Made by a program: the position numbers and the translations under genes. The notes beneath the pieces were generated by a model. That model did no database searches. It had not been told where the DNA came from and saw only the letters and a program-made list of their open reading frames with translations. This document shows, piece after piece, positions 1 to 13,799 of a stretch of DNA of 64,000 bases; position 1 is the stretch's first letter; each line of letters opens with the position of its first letter. The DNA comes from Octopus vulgaris (Eukaryota): contig OX597824.1 of assembly GCA_951406725.2 (NCBI GenBank), positions 99,386,001 through 99,450,000 on the forward strand, given 5' to 3'.

Positions 1-190
1 AAAGCCAGCCATTCTGAGGGGAGGGGCAGTTACACAATTACCTCAACACTTGACTGGAACTTTTTATTTTACTGGCCTCGGGTCTAAAAGCAAAGATGAA
101 CAACCTTAGTAGGATTTGAACTTTGAACGTAAGAGCTGGAATAAATCACAAAGTATTTTGTCCAATGCAGTAATGATTCTGCCAACCCGC
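1..190 (-). mobile_element. Decayed tRNA-derived SINE (family A)
   Basis: Reverse complement resembles the copy at 2221-2418 (B-box-like GTTCAAAT, TTTGCCTTT body). Confidence 0.55.
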
Positions 191-250
191 AACTGATAAT
201 GATGATGGAGTAAATAAGATTACAGTGTAATAGAATTGGGTGAAATGGAA

Positions 251-300
251 GTCAGTGGGAGTCAGTGGTAGTCAGTGGTAGTCAGTGGTAGTCAGTGGTG
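251..300. repeat. 10-bp tandem repeat (GTCAGTGGTA)x5
   Basis: Five near-identical consecutive decamers read directly. Confidence 0.9.
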
Positions 301-693
301 TTTGGGTAAATATTAACCTACCACGTCCCTCAATTTAGCATATCACATCTAGGAGTGGCAGGTGGTTCTTGTAAGTCCTTGAATACAATATAACAATCTA
401 AGACAAATATATTCTAGTTAAAAATAAAGCAATAAATGGATTAACCAGAAAACAGCATTCTTATTTCCATGGCCCTTCAGATTGTAACTCTGATACTATT
501 TCTAAACCTCCACCTGGGAACCCTTTTCCCAATGTCAATATATATGCAACAAAATGGAGGTCAAAAACAATAAGGCACCAGAAAAATACGACTCATTGTA
601 GAATCCCACATCAAGTATGTAAATAGCAGAATGTTGCTAAAAGCATTCATTATGTGGAGGGGGGGGGGGCATGAAACAAAATATAATACTTAC

Positions 694-780
694 ATCCTGA
701 GTGAGGGCCATAAATTGTTTAAGCAATTCCTTTGCAAATTCCAAGTTACAAGCAACATCACCATACTTGTTAATTGCTTC
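694..780 (-). CDS. CAPRIN1: Caprin-1-like, third coding exon (EAINKYGDVACNLEFAKELLKQFMALTQD), 87 nt; gene continues beyond window start
   Basis: Minus strand reads atttctttaaacag|GAA GCA ATT AAC AAG TAT...ACT CAG GAT|gtaagt, phase 0/0. Aligns to recalled human DAVSKYQEVTNNLEFAKELQRSFMALSQD. Confidence 0.92.
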
Positions 781-1332
781 CTGTTTAAAGAAATACAATA
801 TTCAGATAAATACAATTCATTTTTTTCAAAATCTCTAATTAAAATCTTAAAACTGATTAACACAATGATTACCCTTGTGTGTTTGAGTGTGTATGTATGT
901 GTGTGTGTGTGTGTGTGTATATATATAAAACACACAATATTGAATAAGTGCTTCTATGGAAACTTAATGCACAAACTTGAAGAGCTCCACTCTTTCACCT
1001 CTAATGTATTATTACTTCAAATGCAACAGCCACAGCAGCTACAACAATATTGCAATGGACTAAAATGAATGTTCAGAGCAGAATGTTTGATGAAATGGAG
1101 CAGAAATGATGTCAGAGATTCTTTGGTTCTGTTCTACAGTTGTTGCCATATGTCGTGTGATTACGTTGCTAGCGATACGGAATTGGTGGTAACCAAGTGT
1201 GAATTTTGTTGAATGGAAGGAACAGTTTCGAAATATGAAAATCAATAACAATAAAGAAATACTGAAAAAGTGAGAGCAAAATGTTTACAGTAAGGAAAGG
1301 GAAAGAGAAAGTTGGATGCCAGTTAGAAATCT

Positions 1333-1363
<31 letters not shown>

Positions 1364-1764
1364 GTATGCTTGTATATTTATGGGTATGTAGCTGGAGTTC
1401 TGTCTGTGTCAACATTAAGTGATAGTCATAAACGAGCATAACCACCATACGTGTAGTGTCTATTTTGAGCCATGGAAAAACATTACCTCACTTGGAAACA
1501 GGTGAGGGTCACAGGAGGGTCATCCAATCTGCCTCAACAAATTCTAATACAGGAAAGCATGGAAAAGTGAAATTATTAAGACATACTTTTTATTTGATGC
1601 TCATGATGATTTCGTGTTATTTTTTTTTTTCAGAATTCTTTGAAAAATTCTTCCAATTCTAAGCCACTATTGGTAAACGAAAAATTGTTATAACATTTTG
1701 CTTTCAGATGTAAAATGTTATAGATAATGTAATCATTATGAACTGGAAAATATATCAAGAAAAA

Positions 1765-2105
1765 ATCATTTTTCCCTGCCTGCATGGGTCAAACAGAATT
1801 TGCTGAGATATTTTCTACAGCCAGTTGTCCTTTCTGTCTCCAACTCTCACCTGTTTCCATGCCAGGTGATATTTTCCCATAGCCAGACAGGTCTTTCACA
1901 CAAGATTGGAAATGAACATCACTGATATGACAGTGAAGCTTGTTTACAGCCATCAGATGATGTCAAGGTAAGGGTATATGCAAATACATATAGACAACAG
2001 GCTTCTTTCAGTTCCTATCAACCCAAGATGTCACAACAGTGAGATTGAACCCAAAACTACAGGATTGAGAAGCAATCTTAACCATGCAATCACACCTGCA
2101 TCTAC
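1765..2105 (-). mobile_element. Decayed tRNA-headed SINE with RTE-type tail (family B)
   Basis: Similar to 4480-4865 and to the head at 19183 (CTTCTTTCAGTT; GATTGAACCC is the reverse complement of a B box). Tail resembles the RTE 3' end. Confidence 0.55.
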
Positions 2106-2220
2106 CTATTCTTTAATGAAATTCTCTTTTTTTTTTCCAGTTTAGCCATGATTGGACTTTCAAAGTTAGAGTTAGCCATATAAACTTAAAAGAATATTTA
2201 TTAGAATTACTAGGATTATG

Positions 2221-2418
2221 AAGGTGGTGAACCGACCAAATTTAGTGGCATTTCTTTTGGATCTTTAGGTTTCAAGTTCAAATTCTGCCACAGTTAACTT
2301 TGCCTTTTATCTTTACAGGTAGGTGACAATAAAATATACCCCAGCAATGGGGTCAATGTAATCAACTAGCTTGTCCCCTAAAATTACTGGCGTTGTGCCA
2401 AAATTTGAAACCATTATT
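2221..2418 (+). mobile_element. tRNA-derived SINE (family A)
   Basis: Reads GTTCAAATTCTGCC..AACTTTGCCTTT..GGGGTCAATGTAATC..GTGCCAAAATTTGAAACC(ATT)n. Related copies lie at about 10500-10620, 10900-11190, 14500-14655 and 61370-61560. Confidence 0.65.
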
Positions 2419-3152
2419 AATAGTATTATCGTAATTATTCTTATCATTACTTATTATCCATTGCTCAGCTTAAAGCGACTAAATGCTATGTGTGTGTGTG
2501 TATTCTTTTATTAATTTCAGTTTTTAGGCAAACCGAACCATATCAACCCCAATACTTATTTTAGTCTGAGATTTATCATTATCTATTTGTCAGACAGTAA
2601 AGTTATGAGGCATAGACAACACAACAGACATGGACAAACATATGATCACTTTATGCCCATTTTCCATGTGGTCTGGATTAGAGAGCTCAATCAAGTTCAA
2701 CAGGCTGGAGAACCACACTTTCTGTTTTCAATTTAGTATTGCTTCTATGGTCAGATGCACTTCCTAATAACAACCACACTACACAGCACTTCTGAGATGA
2801 AAGGAAGATTCCATAACTGAAGGAGTAGAAGTTACAGTATGATGGAACAAACTTGAGAAGAATTTGAGTGGAGAGAGGACCATTATTGGGGAAGATTATA
2901 GAGGGAACGAGGAAAAGGGGAAAGTGGAAGAGAGAGGGAAGGCAAAATAGTAAGAGTGGTGGGATAAGTTGAATAAGAGGACCCAATTCTCCCTCATGTT
3001 ATATATCATCGTTCGGTGTCCATGCTTGCATGGGTTGGACAGTTTGTAAGGATCTAAGACAGTTCTTACTGAAGTTACACAGATTTATTGTTGACTAGGC
3101 AGTAGGGGGAAAAAACTAACAAGCTAGAGAGAGTCAGAGTAATAAGAACAGT

Positions 3153-3186
<34 letters not shown>

Positions 3187-3829
3187 GGTTGAGTAAGAAG
3201 ATACATGTTACTCCATGTTATACATGGTGGGTAGAGAGATACACAAAGAAGGGATAAGATGATGAGTAAGAGTGGGAGCATATCCACAAGTGTAATGTGT
3301 CCAAGACAGCATGGGGACAGAAAAATCAGAGAGGGTGAACAGAGACTGCCAAAGTAATCCCTCTTCTTTAAGGCATCATATGGAGGGGAAAAAAGGAGTA
3401 ACAAGATAGAGGAGATATTTAATATACAAACATCAAGTACTTTCCTCTCAGTGACAGGTGGTATGGTACAGTAAATATAAGAGACGATGGAGAGATGAGA
3501 GGGTATAGAATAGAAACAATGGGTAGGAGGAGATGCTGAGATGTAAGAGTATCAAATAAATAGTGGGAAGGGGGCTATGTGCACTACCCCGCCATTTTAA
3601 CAAGTATTTCATCACACTTATGCAAGAGGCCAGTCTTATGCAGTACTGATTATCACTAATCAAGACAGTCCTGTCATCTCTGTCGGATATAATACCTTGA
3701 CATTATTTTTCACTATCTTTTCCCATGCAATTTACCCTTGACTTTTAGATGGAAGCCCTTTATTACCAACAAAGTTTTTTCAAACCCTTGCTTATTCTGG
3801 CTACCACCTTTTCAGAACTCCTCCCCCAG

Positions 3830-4165
3830 TCATGACCAGAGAGTTGTGGGTTCAATTCCTGGTCAAGGTTACACATTGTGCTCTTGAGCAAGTTACTTAA
3901 TTTCTCATTGCTCCAGTCTGGTCAGCTGTAATGAGTAGCAACTGAATACTGGTGCAACCCTCACTCCTACCACATTCATTAATGCTCCACTGAGTCAAGA
4001 AAGAGACTTGGAAAACATTTCTTGCAAGGATAAAACCTTGTCCAGCTTGATGTATTAAATTTAAATTTTAAAACTAATTTGAGAAACTTCAGGGTTAAAA
4101 ATTATTCCACATAAAAAGTCCAACCCATGGCAGCACGGAAAGCAGATTTTAAATGGAGATGATGA
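3830..4165 (+). mobile_element. SINE with tRNA B box, CORE-like central domain and RTE-type tail
   Basis: GGTTCAATTCC B box, TTGAGCAAGTTACTTAA CORE-like motif and a 3' CCAACCCATG..GGAAAGCAG..GATGATG tail. A decayed RTE RT fragment precedes it (3715-3830, minus). Confidence 0.5.
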
Positions 4166-4479
4166 AGGTTTGAAGATAAAATTCAACAAAACATGTCAAT
4201 TGGAAATGCTACAATAAATACAGAATATTCTTTAGAATCAGTCTACTGTATCAAGATTTTGATTTGTCATCTAACAAAAATTAAAGATTGCACTATATTG
4301 TACAGTGTCTTCTTTTGCAAAAGGGCTACACAAAATGATCAAACCATTAAAAAGATGATTTAAACAGATGTAATTTTTATTTTTCATTTCACAAACTAGG
4401 AACCATTTTTGACTGCTTGAGAAAGAAATAATATCCATTACTCTGGGGACTAATGGAAAACATCAAGAGTAACATCACT

Positions 4480-4865
4480 TTAGCATCCATTTTTTCCATG
4501 CTTGCATGGGCTGGCAGAATTTATAAAGCAGATTTTCTACAACTGGATGCCCTTCTTGTCACCAGCCCTCATCAATATTTCCCCCATGGTCAGACAAGTT
4601 TTTACAGATGATTGGAAATGAAAGTCATTGCTTGTATGATGGTTAACACTCGCTCACAGCCATCATGCGACGTCAAGACAGTAACACACACACACACACA
4701 CACGTTCGGCTTCTTTCAATTTCTGTCAAACAAATACACTCACAAGTCTTTGGTCAGCACAGTGCCATAATACACTTGCCCAAGGTGCCAAACAGTGGGA
4801 CTGAATCCAAAATCATATGGTTGAGGAGCTTAACTTCTAATCAGACAACCACATCTGTGCCTATA
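4480..4865 (-). mobile_element. tRNA-headed SINE with RTE-type tail (family B)
   Basis: CTTGCCCAAGGTGCCA..AGTGGGACTGAA is the reverse complement of the 19183 head; CTGGATGCCCTTC is the RTE tail motif. Confidence 0.65.
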
Positions 4866-4965
4866 CATATATCTTTCTTCTATCTTTATTCAACTGAATG
4901 CAAGTTAGAGAAATGAATTTTTTTTTTAATGTCAGAATGGAGTCCCTGAAGACAAAATTACGACT

Positions 4966-5870
4966 TCATCATCATCATCATTGTTTAACGTCCGTTTTCC
5001 GTGCTAGCACGGGTTGGACGGTTCAACCGGGGTCTGGGAAACCAGGAGGCTGCACCAGGCTCCAGTCTGATCTGGCAGTGTTTCTACAGCTGGATGCTCT
5101 TCCTAACGCCAACCACTCCTGAGTGTAGTGGGTGCTTTTTACATACCACCGACACAGGTGCCAGGGGAGGCCGGCAGCAGCCACAATCGGTTGGTGCTTT
5201 TTACATGCCACCGGCACAGAAGCCAGTCAAGGCGGCGCTGGCATCAGCCACGTTCGGACGGTGCTTTTTATGTGCCACCGGCACAGGTATCACAACTACA
5301 ATTTCCATTTGATATTTATTTTGATGTTAACGTACTTGACTCAATAGGTCTCCTCAAGCACAGCAGGCCATGTGCACCGGCACAGAAGCCAGCCAAGGCA
5401 ACACTGGCATCGGCCACGTTTGGATGGTGCTTTTTACATGCTGTCGGCACAAGTATCGCTTAACTACAATTTCCATTTGATATTTGTTTTGATACTGATA
5501 TTCATGTACTTGACTCAATAATTCTCCTCAAGCACAGCAGGTCACCTTACGATCCAAGGTAAGAACAGCAGGTCGTTCTGCAATCCAGGTACTTTAGATG
5601 GGCTGGGGCTATGCGAAACTGGTGGAGGAAGCAGCCCGGGTCTTTGCAGTCACAGCATATCTCCAGAGATTTCGGTCTTTCGTTATTGCCTCTGTAAGGC
5701 CCAACGTTCGAAGGTCGTGCTTGACTACCTCATCCCATGTCTTCCTTGGTCTACCTCTCCCCCAGATACCTTCAACTGTTTGGAAGTGGCACTTCTTCAC
5801 ACATCTCTCCTCATCTATCCGCAGTACATGACCATACCAGTGCAAACATCTCTCTTGCAAACATCTCTCA
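4966..5870 (-). mobile_element. 5'-truncated RTE-clade LINE (end of ORF plus 3' UTR)
   Basis: ORF 5609-5914 ends ..LHWYGHVLRIDEERCVKKC..GRGRPRKTWDEVVKHDL..DRNLWR, a typical RTE C-terminus. The 3' UTR has tandem ~60-bp units and a (GAT)n tail. Confidence 0.85.
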
Positions 5871-5942
5871 CCCAAAATAGTTACCTGGTCAAGAATTAAC
5901 TTGTTATTTTTCATCTATTTTCCCCCAAAACTCAATACTCAC

Positions 5943-6005
5943 CAGTTGGTCCTTCTCCAAAGAAACACCTTCAGCAAGTTTTACTTTGTACATATCCAAC
6001 TTCAG
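5943..6005 (-). CDS. CAPRIN1: Caprin-1-like, second coding exon (LKLDMYKVKLAEGVSLEKDQL), 63 nt
   Basis: Minus strand reads cttattttctgtgtttcag|CTG AAG TTG GAT ATG...GAC CAA CTG|gtgagt, phase 0/0. Aligns to recalled human GKLDDYQERMNKGERLNQDQL. Not in the ORF track. Confidence 0.9.
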
Positions 6006-7129
6006 CTGAAACACAGAAAATAAGATTTCATGAAAACTCTGAGAAGATTTTAAGAACATGAAGAAAAATAGAGAAATCTTACACTCAACTAAGTAGAAAG
6101 AATTGGATTTTAAAAAATAAGGAGTTCAACTATTAACTTCAAATCATTTCTATCTAACAGACTGACATTACATTCCAATGATCTCAGTGTTAATTGACTT
6201 TCAATCCAATTTATTCTTGAGGTAGACCACATAGCAAACATTCAACAACAATTAATACACATGAAAGTCAAATGTGAATTTTAACCCTTAACCCTAGTGC
6301 TAACCAGATAATATTAAAGGTTAAATTAATAATAATTAGTTAGATTTATCTAATGATATCTAATAAGTGACTAGAAGTAATTGTATGCCAACTGCGTCTT
6401 CATTGATATAAACTTTAGGAAACACTGTTTAACAAGATCAATAAATGGTGATAAATATTGGTCTTCTGAGTAACTGCTGTCAGATATTTAGATCATCTGT
6501 TTGTCAAAGCTGATGTGGGTTGGATGGGTTTGTTATTTCAATATATCTTCATCAAACAACCAATACAATAAAAGAAAACCAATACTTTTTCTTTTGTCTT
6601 TCCTTTTCCACATTCATTCACCTAACACCTTTTATATTCAAATTTGTTAAATTTAACCTTTTTAACAGGTTTCCTTCTCTAACTCATGTTAAACTACCCT
6701 CTTTTCTTTCCAGAGCTTACTTCCATAACTTTCACTAAAATACTCCAGCTGGCCATCACACATTCACAAGGCATCCATGCAACCCCACCCTCACCAATAA
6801 ATCTTACTTCACTCCCCTGATTAGTAAAAACGCTTCCAACTTACCACCATTTCTATGATTGTATCCTCCCAAGGAACACACACTTCATGAAACAAATACA
6901 GCTACCCACTAGATCCACCCCATATCAGAACCAACAACCCACCAAATGAGGGCAATAAAAAGTCATAGCAAACATCCATAGCATCAGTAATGTTAACACC
7001 ATTAGGAATATTTCTAAATAACAGTTGTAAATTGCATTTATAGTTGCATGTGCAGCAAGCGATGGAGAATGAATGATGGCAAATTAAATGAAAGGACAAA
7101 AGTAATGTGCATAAATCTACCAACGACTA

Positions 7130-8740
7130 GCAAGCCATGGCTCAATTTTTCTTCTACCTCACAGGTGCAGACACCATCAAACAGCTCTACCAAAAATACC
7201 ACTCCTCATAGGTTCCAAAACTTTAAGGCTGCAACCATCAACATAGGCACAATGTAAGGCAAGTCTGGTGAGATTGGAGAGATTCGGGAGCAGAGATGAG
7301 TGGATGGAATAAGACAGAAATACAAATCCTTCTGGGTGAGTAACAGTAATAGCAGAGGTGGGGTAGATATACTGTTAACTGAGAAATGGATAAAGAAATT
7401 GAAGTAATCAGTGTCTGATGGGATAATTACAATGCAACTAGTTACAACTGCACAACATTTATCTTTGCATCCACCCACAGGCAGGATTGGCTGAAAAACA
7501 GAAAGACCCCTTCTAAAAGACTACCTCAATGGTTGACGGTGTCTTCATTATTGTTGTTGGCAACCTCAAATGAACACGTTTGCCAACACAATGTTGGCTT
7601 TCGTGAGATAGATGGAGGCTGTAGACATGGTTCAAGAAGTGAGGAAGGTAGAATGCTCCACCCATGATGCAACTGATTTAGTTACTTTCAGAAACCTCAC
7701 CATCTAGCAATCTGGTGGACACAGGTCAGATTTCATCCACACCAGAATAGTGGGCAGAAGGGCCATTGTAAAGAGGAAAACTTTTCCTGGCAAAGAATGT
7801 AGCACGAAACATAGATTGGTGGTTAATGACCTCAGAGTCAGAACTAGGGAGGCACAAAAACAGATGTTAAGAAGAAGACAAAGAAGCTAAAAGACAGGGA
7901 CACTTTGGAGGTTTGGAGAAATTCAAACTGATGCATAATGATTGTAGGAAGAAAGGGTTAAGATATCTGTAGCAATAAATGACAATTGGGAATTTCTGTG
8001 AAATAAGCAGCAACTCAGGCATATGAATGGAGCAAAATTCCAGCCAAGCTGAAGGTGACATGATGGTGGAATGACACAGTTGATATGACACAGTAAAAGC
8101 TAAGAGACAGGCAAGGAAAAAAACCAGGAAGTGGTAGTAGGGAGCATTACCAAATGGGTAGAAGGGCAACTAAGTGACAGGTATACTTGGTAATGGGTTA
8201 GGTGAACATGAAGAGATCCATGCCTGTTCTATGTGAGAGACACAAAGTGTTCAGGAACACAAGGCAGTGTTTGCAAGAACTGAGACACCATTGGTGAGAT
8301 GTATATTTGAAGTAAGTTCTATTCACCATTGATATGAATGACATTTAGTGTGGCTGGGCTATTATGAGAGGCTGTTGAATGTGGAGAATGCATGGAATAA
8401 AAGGGGGCCGTCTCATGCTGACCCTACAAAGAGATCAGCAATTCAAGTCGACAGCAATGAGAGATAAAACAAAGACATGAGAGGGAAAGCTGGTGTCCAT
8501 CATTTCTATAAGCTAACAATGTGGTTCCCATAGGTGAATCTATGGTGGAATTAGAGAAGAAATTCTAAGCATGGAAGCTAACTCCAGAATCAGGAGGGCT
8601 CGAGAAACCTTAGTACAGTTGAAGGTTTTAATAAGTGGGAGACAAGAGGAGTCTGGTGTCTCAGGGAAATAGATTTGCTCAATATTCAGAAATGGGGTAG
8701 GTATTAACTTTGTATGTTGTACCCAATATAAGCTAAGAAC
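7130..8740 (+). pseudogene. Highly decayed RTE LINE (endonuclease to RT remnants)
   Basis: Patchy similarity to the RTE at 48421-51345 (ATINIGTM, TATGAGAGGCTGTTGAATGTGGAGAATG, CTTTGTATGTTGTACCC), with many stops. Confidence 0.55.
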
Positions 8741-9369
8741 ACACAATCCCTCTATAATCCCCTGTTTAACTGCACTAATTAAATGTGAGCAAAGCTGCCT
8801 CATTTTCTCTTGGTACTTGTTATCTTTCTCACTAGCCAGAAACATTTCACTTGATATCCATCCTACTTAATACTGTACTCCATCAATATTTCTGTGCCAC
8901 CAAATTGTCTCTCCATTTCCACTGTCATCCATTTCTCACAACCTTGCAGTCCACCCCACCACATGTCATCTCTCATCTTTTCCCTATCTACTGTATCATT
9001 ATTACTATTCTGCTCCTGCCACTCATCACCTACTCTCCCCTACCACCTCCAACTCATGGCCCAATGATTATCTTCATTCCTTCATTCACCAGATTCCCCC
9101 ATCTCTAACCATCCCTGACTCTCCTTATACTACCTACCCACATTTCTGGGGTTTTGTCTCCACTACTACTCACTTCATACCTTGAGGGTGTACCCTGACC
9201 CCTCATCACTATTTTACCTCTATTTCCACCCTAGTCACTACCACCCTTTCTCTTATAATGTGAGTAGCCATGTAACTCATCTACAGCAAGAAACCTGTTC
9301 TTTTCTGACCCCTTCTCTCATACTTTACCCTCTCATCTAGCATAAAGATGTAGCCCCACTCACTCAAAG

Positions 9370-9585
9370 GGGATCTTAGTCTTGCAAGGGCATAGTGACC
9401 TCGCTTGTACTTAAGTCACAAAAAAGCACCCAATCCACACTAAAATGGTTGGCATTGAGGACATCCAGCTGTAGAAACTATGTCAAAACAGATATTGGAA
9501 CACGATGCAGCCGTTGGACCCATTACATCCTGTCAAACTGTCCAGCCTATGTCAGCATGGAAGATGGATGTCAACAGATGATGAG
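9370..9585 (+). mobile_element. RTE-type 3' tail fragment
   Basis: AAAAGCACCC..TGGTTGGCATT..CATCCAGCTGTAGAAAC..CAGCATGGAA..GATGATG. Confidence 0.65.
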
Positions 9586-11192
9586 GGCAACTTCAGTCAC
9601 ACATACAAAAGACAGTCTGTTGCAGATGTTTATTGAAAAAAACATCTGAGGACCATTCGGAAAAATGTAAAATTTGTGTTCAAAAAATGAAGTCTTGAGA
9701 AATTTGTTCTACCATGAGTTATGACATATGCAATATGACATGTTATATTTTGTCCCACTTCTAACAACCAGCATCCACTTTTGGTCATCTCTTCAGACAT
9801 CAGCTGAGAAGCAACTGTACTGATATGGTCATGTGATATAAGGTGTATCATGTGATGTCATAAGGAGTATCATATAATACTGGTGGAGAGATGTAAATAA
9901 ACAATCTGAAATATTAGTTTGCTAATTACATTCAGCTTCCCTCCCACCCACTAAATATTATTTTATATAAAATAACCACCAAGTAATAATTCTCCCCAAA
10001 ATAATCAGAAAATAAAAAGGTACTAATAACAGTTACAAGTGTGAGAATATAGTGTTTATTTTTAAGACAGATGTCCATCATAGGTGGACAGCTTCAGAAA
10101 GTATTTATGTAAGGGACAACCAATGAAATTCTGGGAGATCGAAAAATGAAATTAAAAGACCAAGTAACTGGTGTGAAATAGTAGCCATAGCAGAAAGATA
10201 GTTAAATCATTGACATTTAGCCATCTAATGAGGAGTTGATTGCTTGTTTTAATTAGGATTGAGTAAACTAGCTGTGTCATAATGAATTAAAATCCCATGT
10301 CACCAGTGATAATGTAAATAGATTTATATTTAAATGTGAACGTGGCCATATGGGTGGGCTGGTTGTTAATATTATGGCTGGAGTTGAGCAAAATTTGTAA
10401 TGTGTAGAAAATAAAACAAAAGTGACAAGTTTTGAACTAATTCTGATTTCTGATCTATGATTGATTAAATCAATTCTAGTGTCTGGCTGGTGTTTTAACA
10501 CGGAAATATGAAAGGCAAAGATAACCTCAGCAGGATTTCACCTCAGAACATAAATGGCAATAAATACCACAAGGTATTTTTGTCAAATCTCTACATCCTT
10601 TCTAACTAATCTCACAATAGGAAAATATACAAAATATTAAATAAAACACTGCAATAACAGAGATACCAAATCATTTCTTTAAAAAACAAAAAGAAAGCAG
10701 GATCTATTAGTCTCACATAAACCCGATTCCATAAGCAATCCATACATGGTGTGAATATATGGGAGATAAACCAACATTGAATTTAGCCATCATCAGACTA
10801 CATTATACTAGATTCTCCCACATACCATATTGATGGACTTTGAATTTAGACAACACAAAGAAAACTTGATATTTTTGAATGACAGCAACAATAGCAGTGT
10901 CAAATTTTGGCACAGCACTTGTCTAGCACTTTATTTTATGGACTCTGAAAGGATGACAGGCGAAGGTGGCCTGGTAATAGTTGAGCTCAGAACATAAAGA
11001 GGACCATTTTGTCTGATGTGCCAAAGATTCTGCCAGCTCACCATAATAATAATAATAATAATAATGGCTTCTAATTTTGGGCACAATGCCAGGAGATAAC
11101 TTGATTCCATCGACCCTGTCCCACTACTACTCAACTGGTACTTTTTTATGGACCTGGAAAGGAAGATAGGCAAAATGGACCTGAGCAGCATT

Positions 11193-13005
11193 GGTCCCAG
11201 GTAGAAGCACTATTGATGCTATATTCCTGGTACGGCAACTGCAGGAGAATTACCTAACCAAAGATGAACCTCTATACTTGGCTTTTATGGACTTGGAGAA
11301 TGCCTTTGACAAGGTCTCCCAATCCCTTATCTGGTGAGTGATGCAGAAACTAGAGATTGACAAATGGTTAATAAGGGCTGTATAGGCCCTATACAGGGGT
11401 GTCATTAGTAAGGTTAGGGTTGGCAATGAGTATAGTGAAGAATTCCGGGTAGAAGTAGGGGTCCACCAAGGATCAACCCTCAGCCCCCTTTTATTCATCA
11501 TAGTCCTTCAGGCAATAACAGAGGAATTCAAGATAGGTTGCCCCTGGGAGCTCCTCTACGCAGATGACTTGGCCCTCATAGCAGAATCACTAACAGAACT
11601 AGAGAAGAAATTTCAGATGTGGAAGCAAGGTTTAGAAGTGAAAGGCCTTAGAGCCAATGTCACAAAAACCAAAGTCCTAGTAAGTAGGAAGGCGAACACA
11701 TCACACATCTCTTCAGGTGCATGGCCCTGCTCGGTCTGTAGAAAAGGTGTAGGTAGAAACTCCATAAGATGAACCCAGTGTAAGCTATGGACATATAAGA
11801 GGTGCAGCAACATCAAAGGAAGATTTACCTGGAAGATAACTTTCATGTGTGGCAGATGCAGAGGGGCAATAAACACCACAGATACTCAGGAAACAGATTC
11901 CATCACATGCCAGGGTGAGAAACTAGAAGTAGTTGATAGTTTCCACTACCTAGGTGACCAAGTCTGTAGTGGAGGTGGATGCTCAGAGAGTGTTACCACT
12001 AGAATAAGTATTGCCTGTGCAAAATTCAGAAAGCTTCTACCCCAACTGGTGACAAAGGGTCTCCCGCTCAGTGTGAAAGGTAGATTGTATGATGCATGTG
12101 TGCAAACTGCCATGCTTTATGGCAGTGAAACATGGGCAATGACTGCTGAAGACATGTAGGCTTGAAAGAAATGAAGCTAGCATGATCCACTGGATGTGTA
12201 ATGTCAGTGTGCACACATGACAGAGTGTAAGCACCCTGAGAGAAATGTTGGACATAAGATGTATTGGGTGTGGCATGCGAGAGATACGTCTGTGCTGGTG
12301 TGGTCAAGTACTAAGGATGGATGAGGAGAGCTATGTGAAGAAGTGCCACTCCCAAACAGTTGAAGGAACCCGTGGCAGAGGGAGACCCAGGAAGACATAG
12401 GATGAGGTGGTGAAGCATGACATTTGAATGCTGGGCGTCACAGAGGCAATGACAAAAGAGCGAGACCTCTGGAGATATGCTGTGACTGAGAAGACCTGAC
12501 AACTTAAGTGAGACCACAGCTGTAGCCTATGCCAGTGTCGCATAACCAGCCCACTTAACAAAAGTACCTTTCGATTGTAGGGTGACATGCTGTGCTTGGG
12601 GAGACCTATTGAATGAAGAACATCAACATCAAATCAAACCACAATCAAATGGAAATTGTAGTTGTGGCTGATGCCAGTGCCACCTGTCTAGCTCCCTGTT
12701 GCCAGTGGCACGTAAAAAGCACCATCCATACGTGGTCAATGCCAGCCCCCTCACCTCGACTGGCTCCTGTACCGCTGACACGTGAAAAGCACCATCTGAA
12801 CGTGGTCAATGCCAGCCCCCTCTGGCCCCTAAAAAGCACCCACTACACTCTGAGTGGTTGGCATTAGGAAAGACATCCAGCTGTAGAAAACACTACCAGA
12901 TCAGATTGGAGCCTGGTGCAGCCTCCTGGCTTCCCAGACCCCCAGTCGAACCGTCCAACCCATGCCAGCAAGGAAAACGGATGTTAAACGATGGTGATGA
13001 TGATG
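11193..13005 (+). mobile_element. 5'-truncated, frameshifted RTE-clade LINE (RT domain, 3' UTR, (GAT)n tail)
   Basis: Motifs PGRSTIDAIF, DLENAFD, GVHQGSTLSPLLF, LLYADDLALIAES, LYGSETW; internal stops; 3' UTR like the other RTE copies. Confidence 0.9.
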
Positions 13006-13799
13006 AATGTAAAGTCAACAAGAAATACCACTAAGCAATTTATCCAGTGCAATAACGATTCTGCTAGGTTACAACTTCAACAACAACAACAACAACAATT
13101 TTACAAGGCCAGAAATTTGCAGAACAAGGGCCATCAGTGAGGATAACCCAACTGGTTCTCAATCCAGCTTGGATGAAATGTTGAGGGATGAAACAAAAAA
13201 ACAGAAATCTGGTGCTCTACTATTCCTCCCAGCCATTCCACTCTTTGTGACATTCCAGTGTCATATTTACCCATAACAGCCATTTTAGTCAGTGAAAGAC
13301 AAAACATGGAGATGCTGTTTAACCCCAAGTAAGCCCTGATCCACCAGACCTATTGCAGCTGTGACCATCACATCTTGTTTGTACATTCACAAATACATTG
13401 TCCAGTGGATTCTTGGAATGACCCCTGCTACTTTGTAGTCAAAGGAAACATTTATATACACACAGGGCACCAATATGATTGGGGGTGGGTAGAATACAAA
13501 TGAAATGTCTAACCGACATGAGACAGCTAACTGGATCACCACCACCCCATGAACATAATTGGAACTTTATTAGATCGACTCCAGTATTTTAACTGAGCCA
13601 AATCCTTAGCATTTGATTTGTATTTTATTAATGAGATGCAAAAACCTAATAGAGAACAAAGAAAAAATAGAAAACGACTAATTTGGATAACCATTTCTAT
13701 ACGAAAGCCATTTTGTAAAATACTAAATGAAAATTATTATTATTATGAGGATTATAAAATGAGAGGAGGTTGTATTGAGGTTAATACACAACATATGCT

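Larger units (their letters stand above)
781..5942 (-). other. 5.16 kb GT-AG intron of the Caprin-like gene
   Basis: GTGAGT donor at 5942 and ttctttaaacag acceptor ending at 781; phase 0. Confidence 0.88.

Noticed and set aside
631-1068. 145-aa plus-strand ORF
   Set aside because: It is antisense to the Caprin exon at 694-780, spans a GT microsatellite and has no recognisable domain.
1060-1251. Short minus-strand ORF in the Caprin intron as an alternative exon
   Set aside because: It ends in a stop with no donor and shows no Caprin similarity.
6280-6306. TTAACCCTTAACCCTAGTGCTAACC telomere-like motif
   Set aside because: Only about 2-3 imperfect units; too short to call an interstitial telomere.
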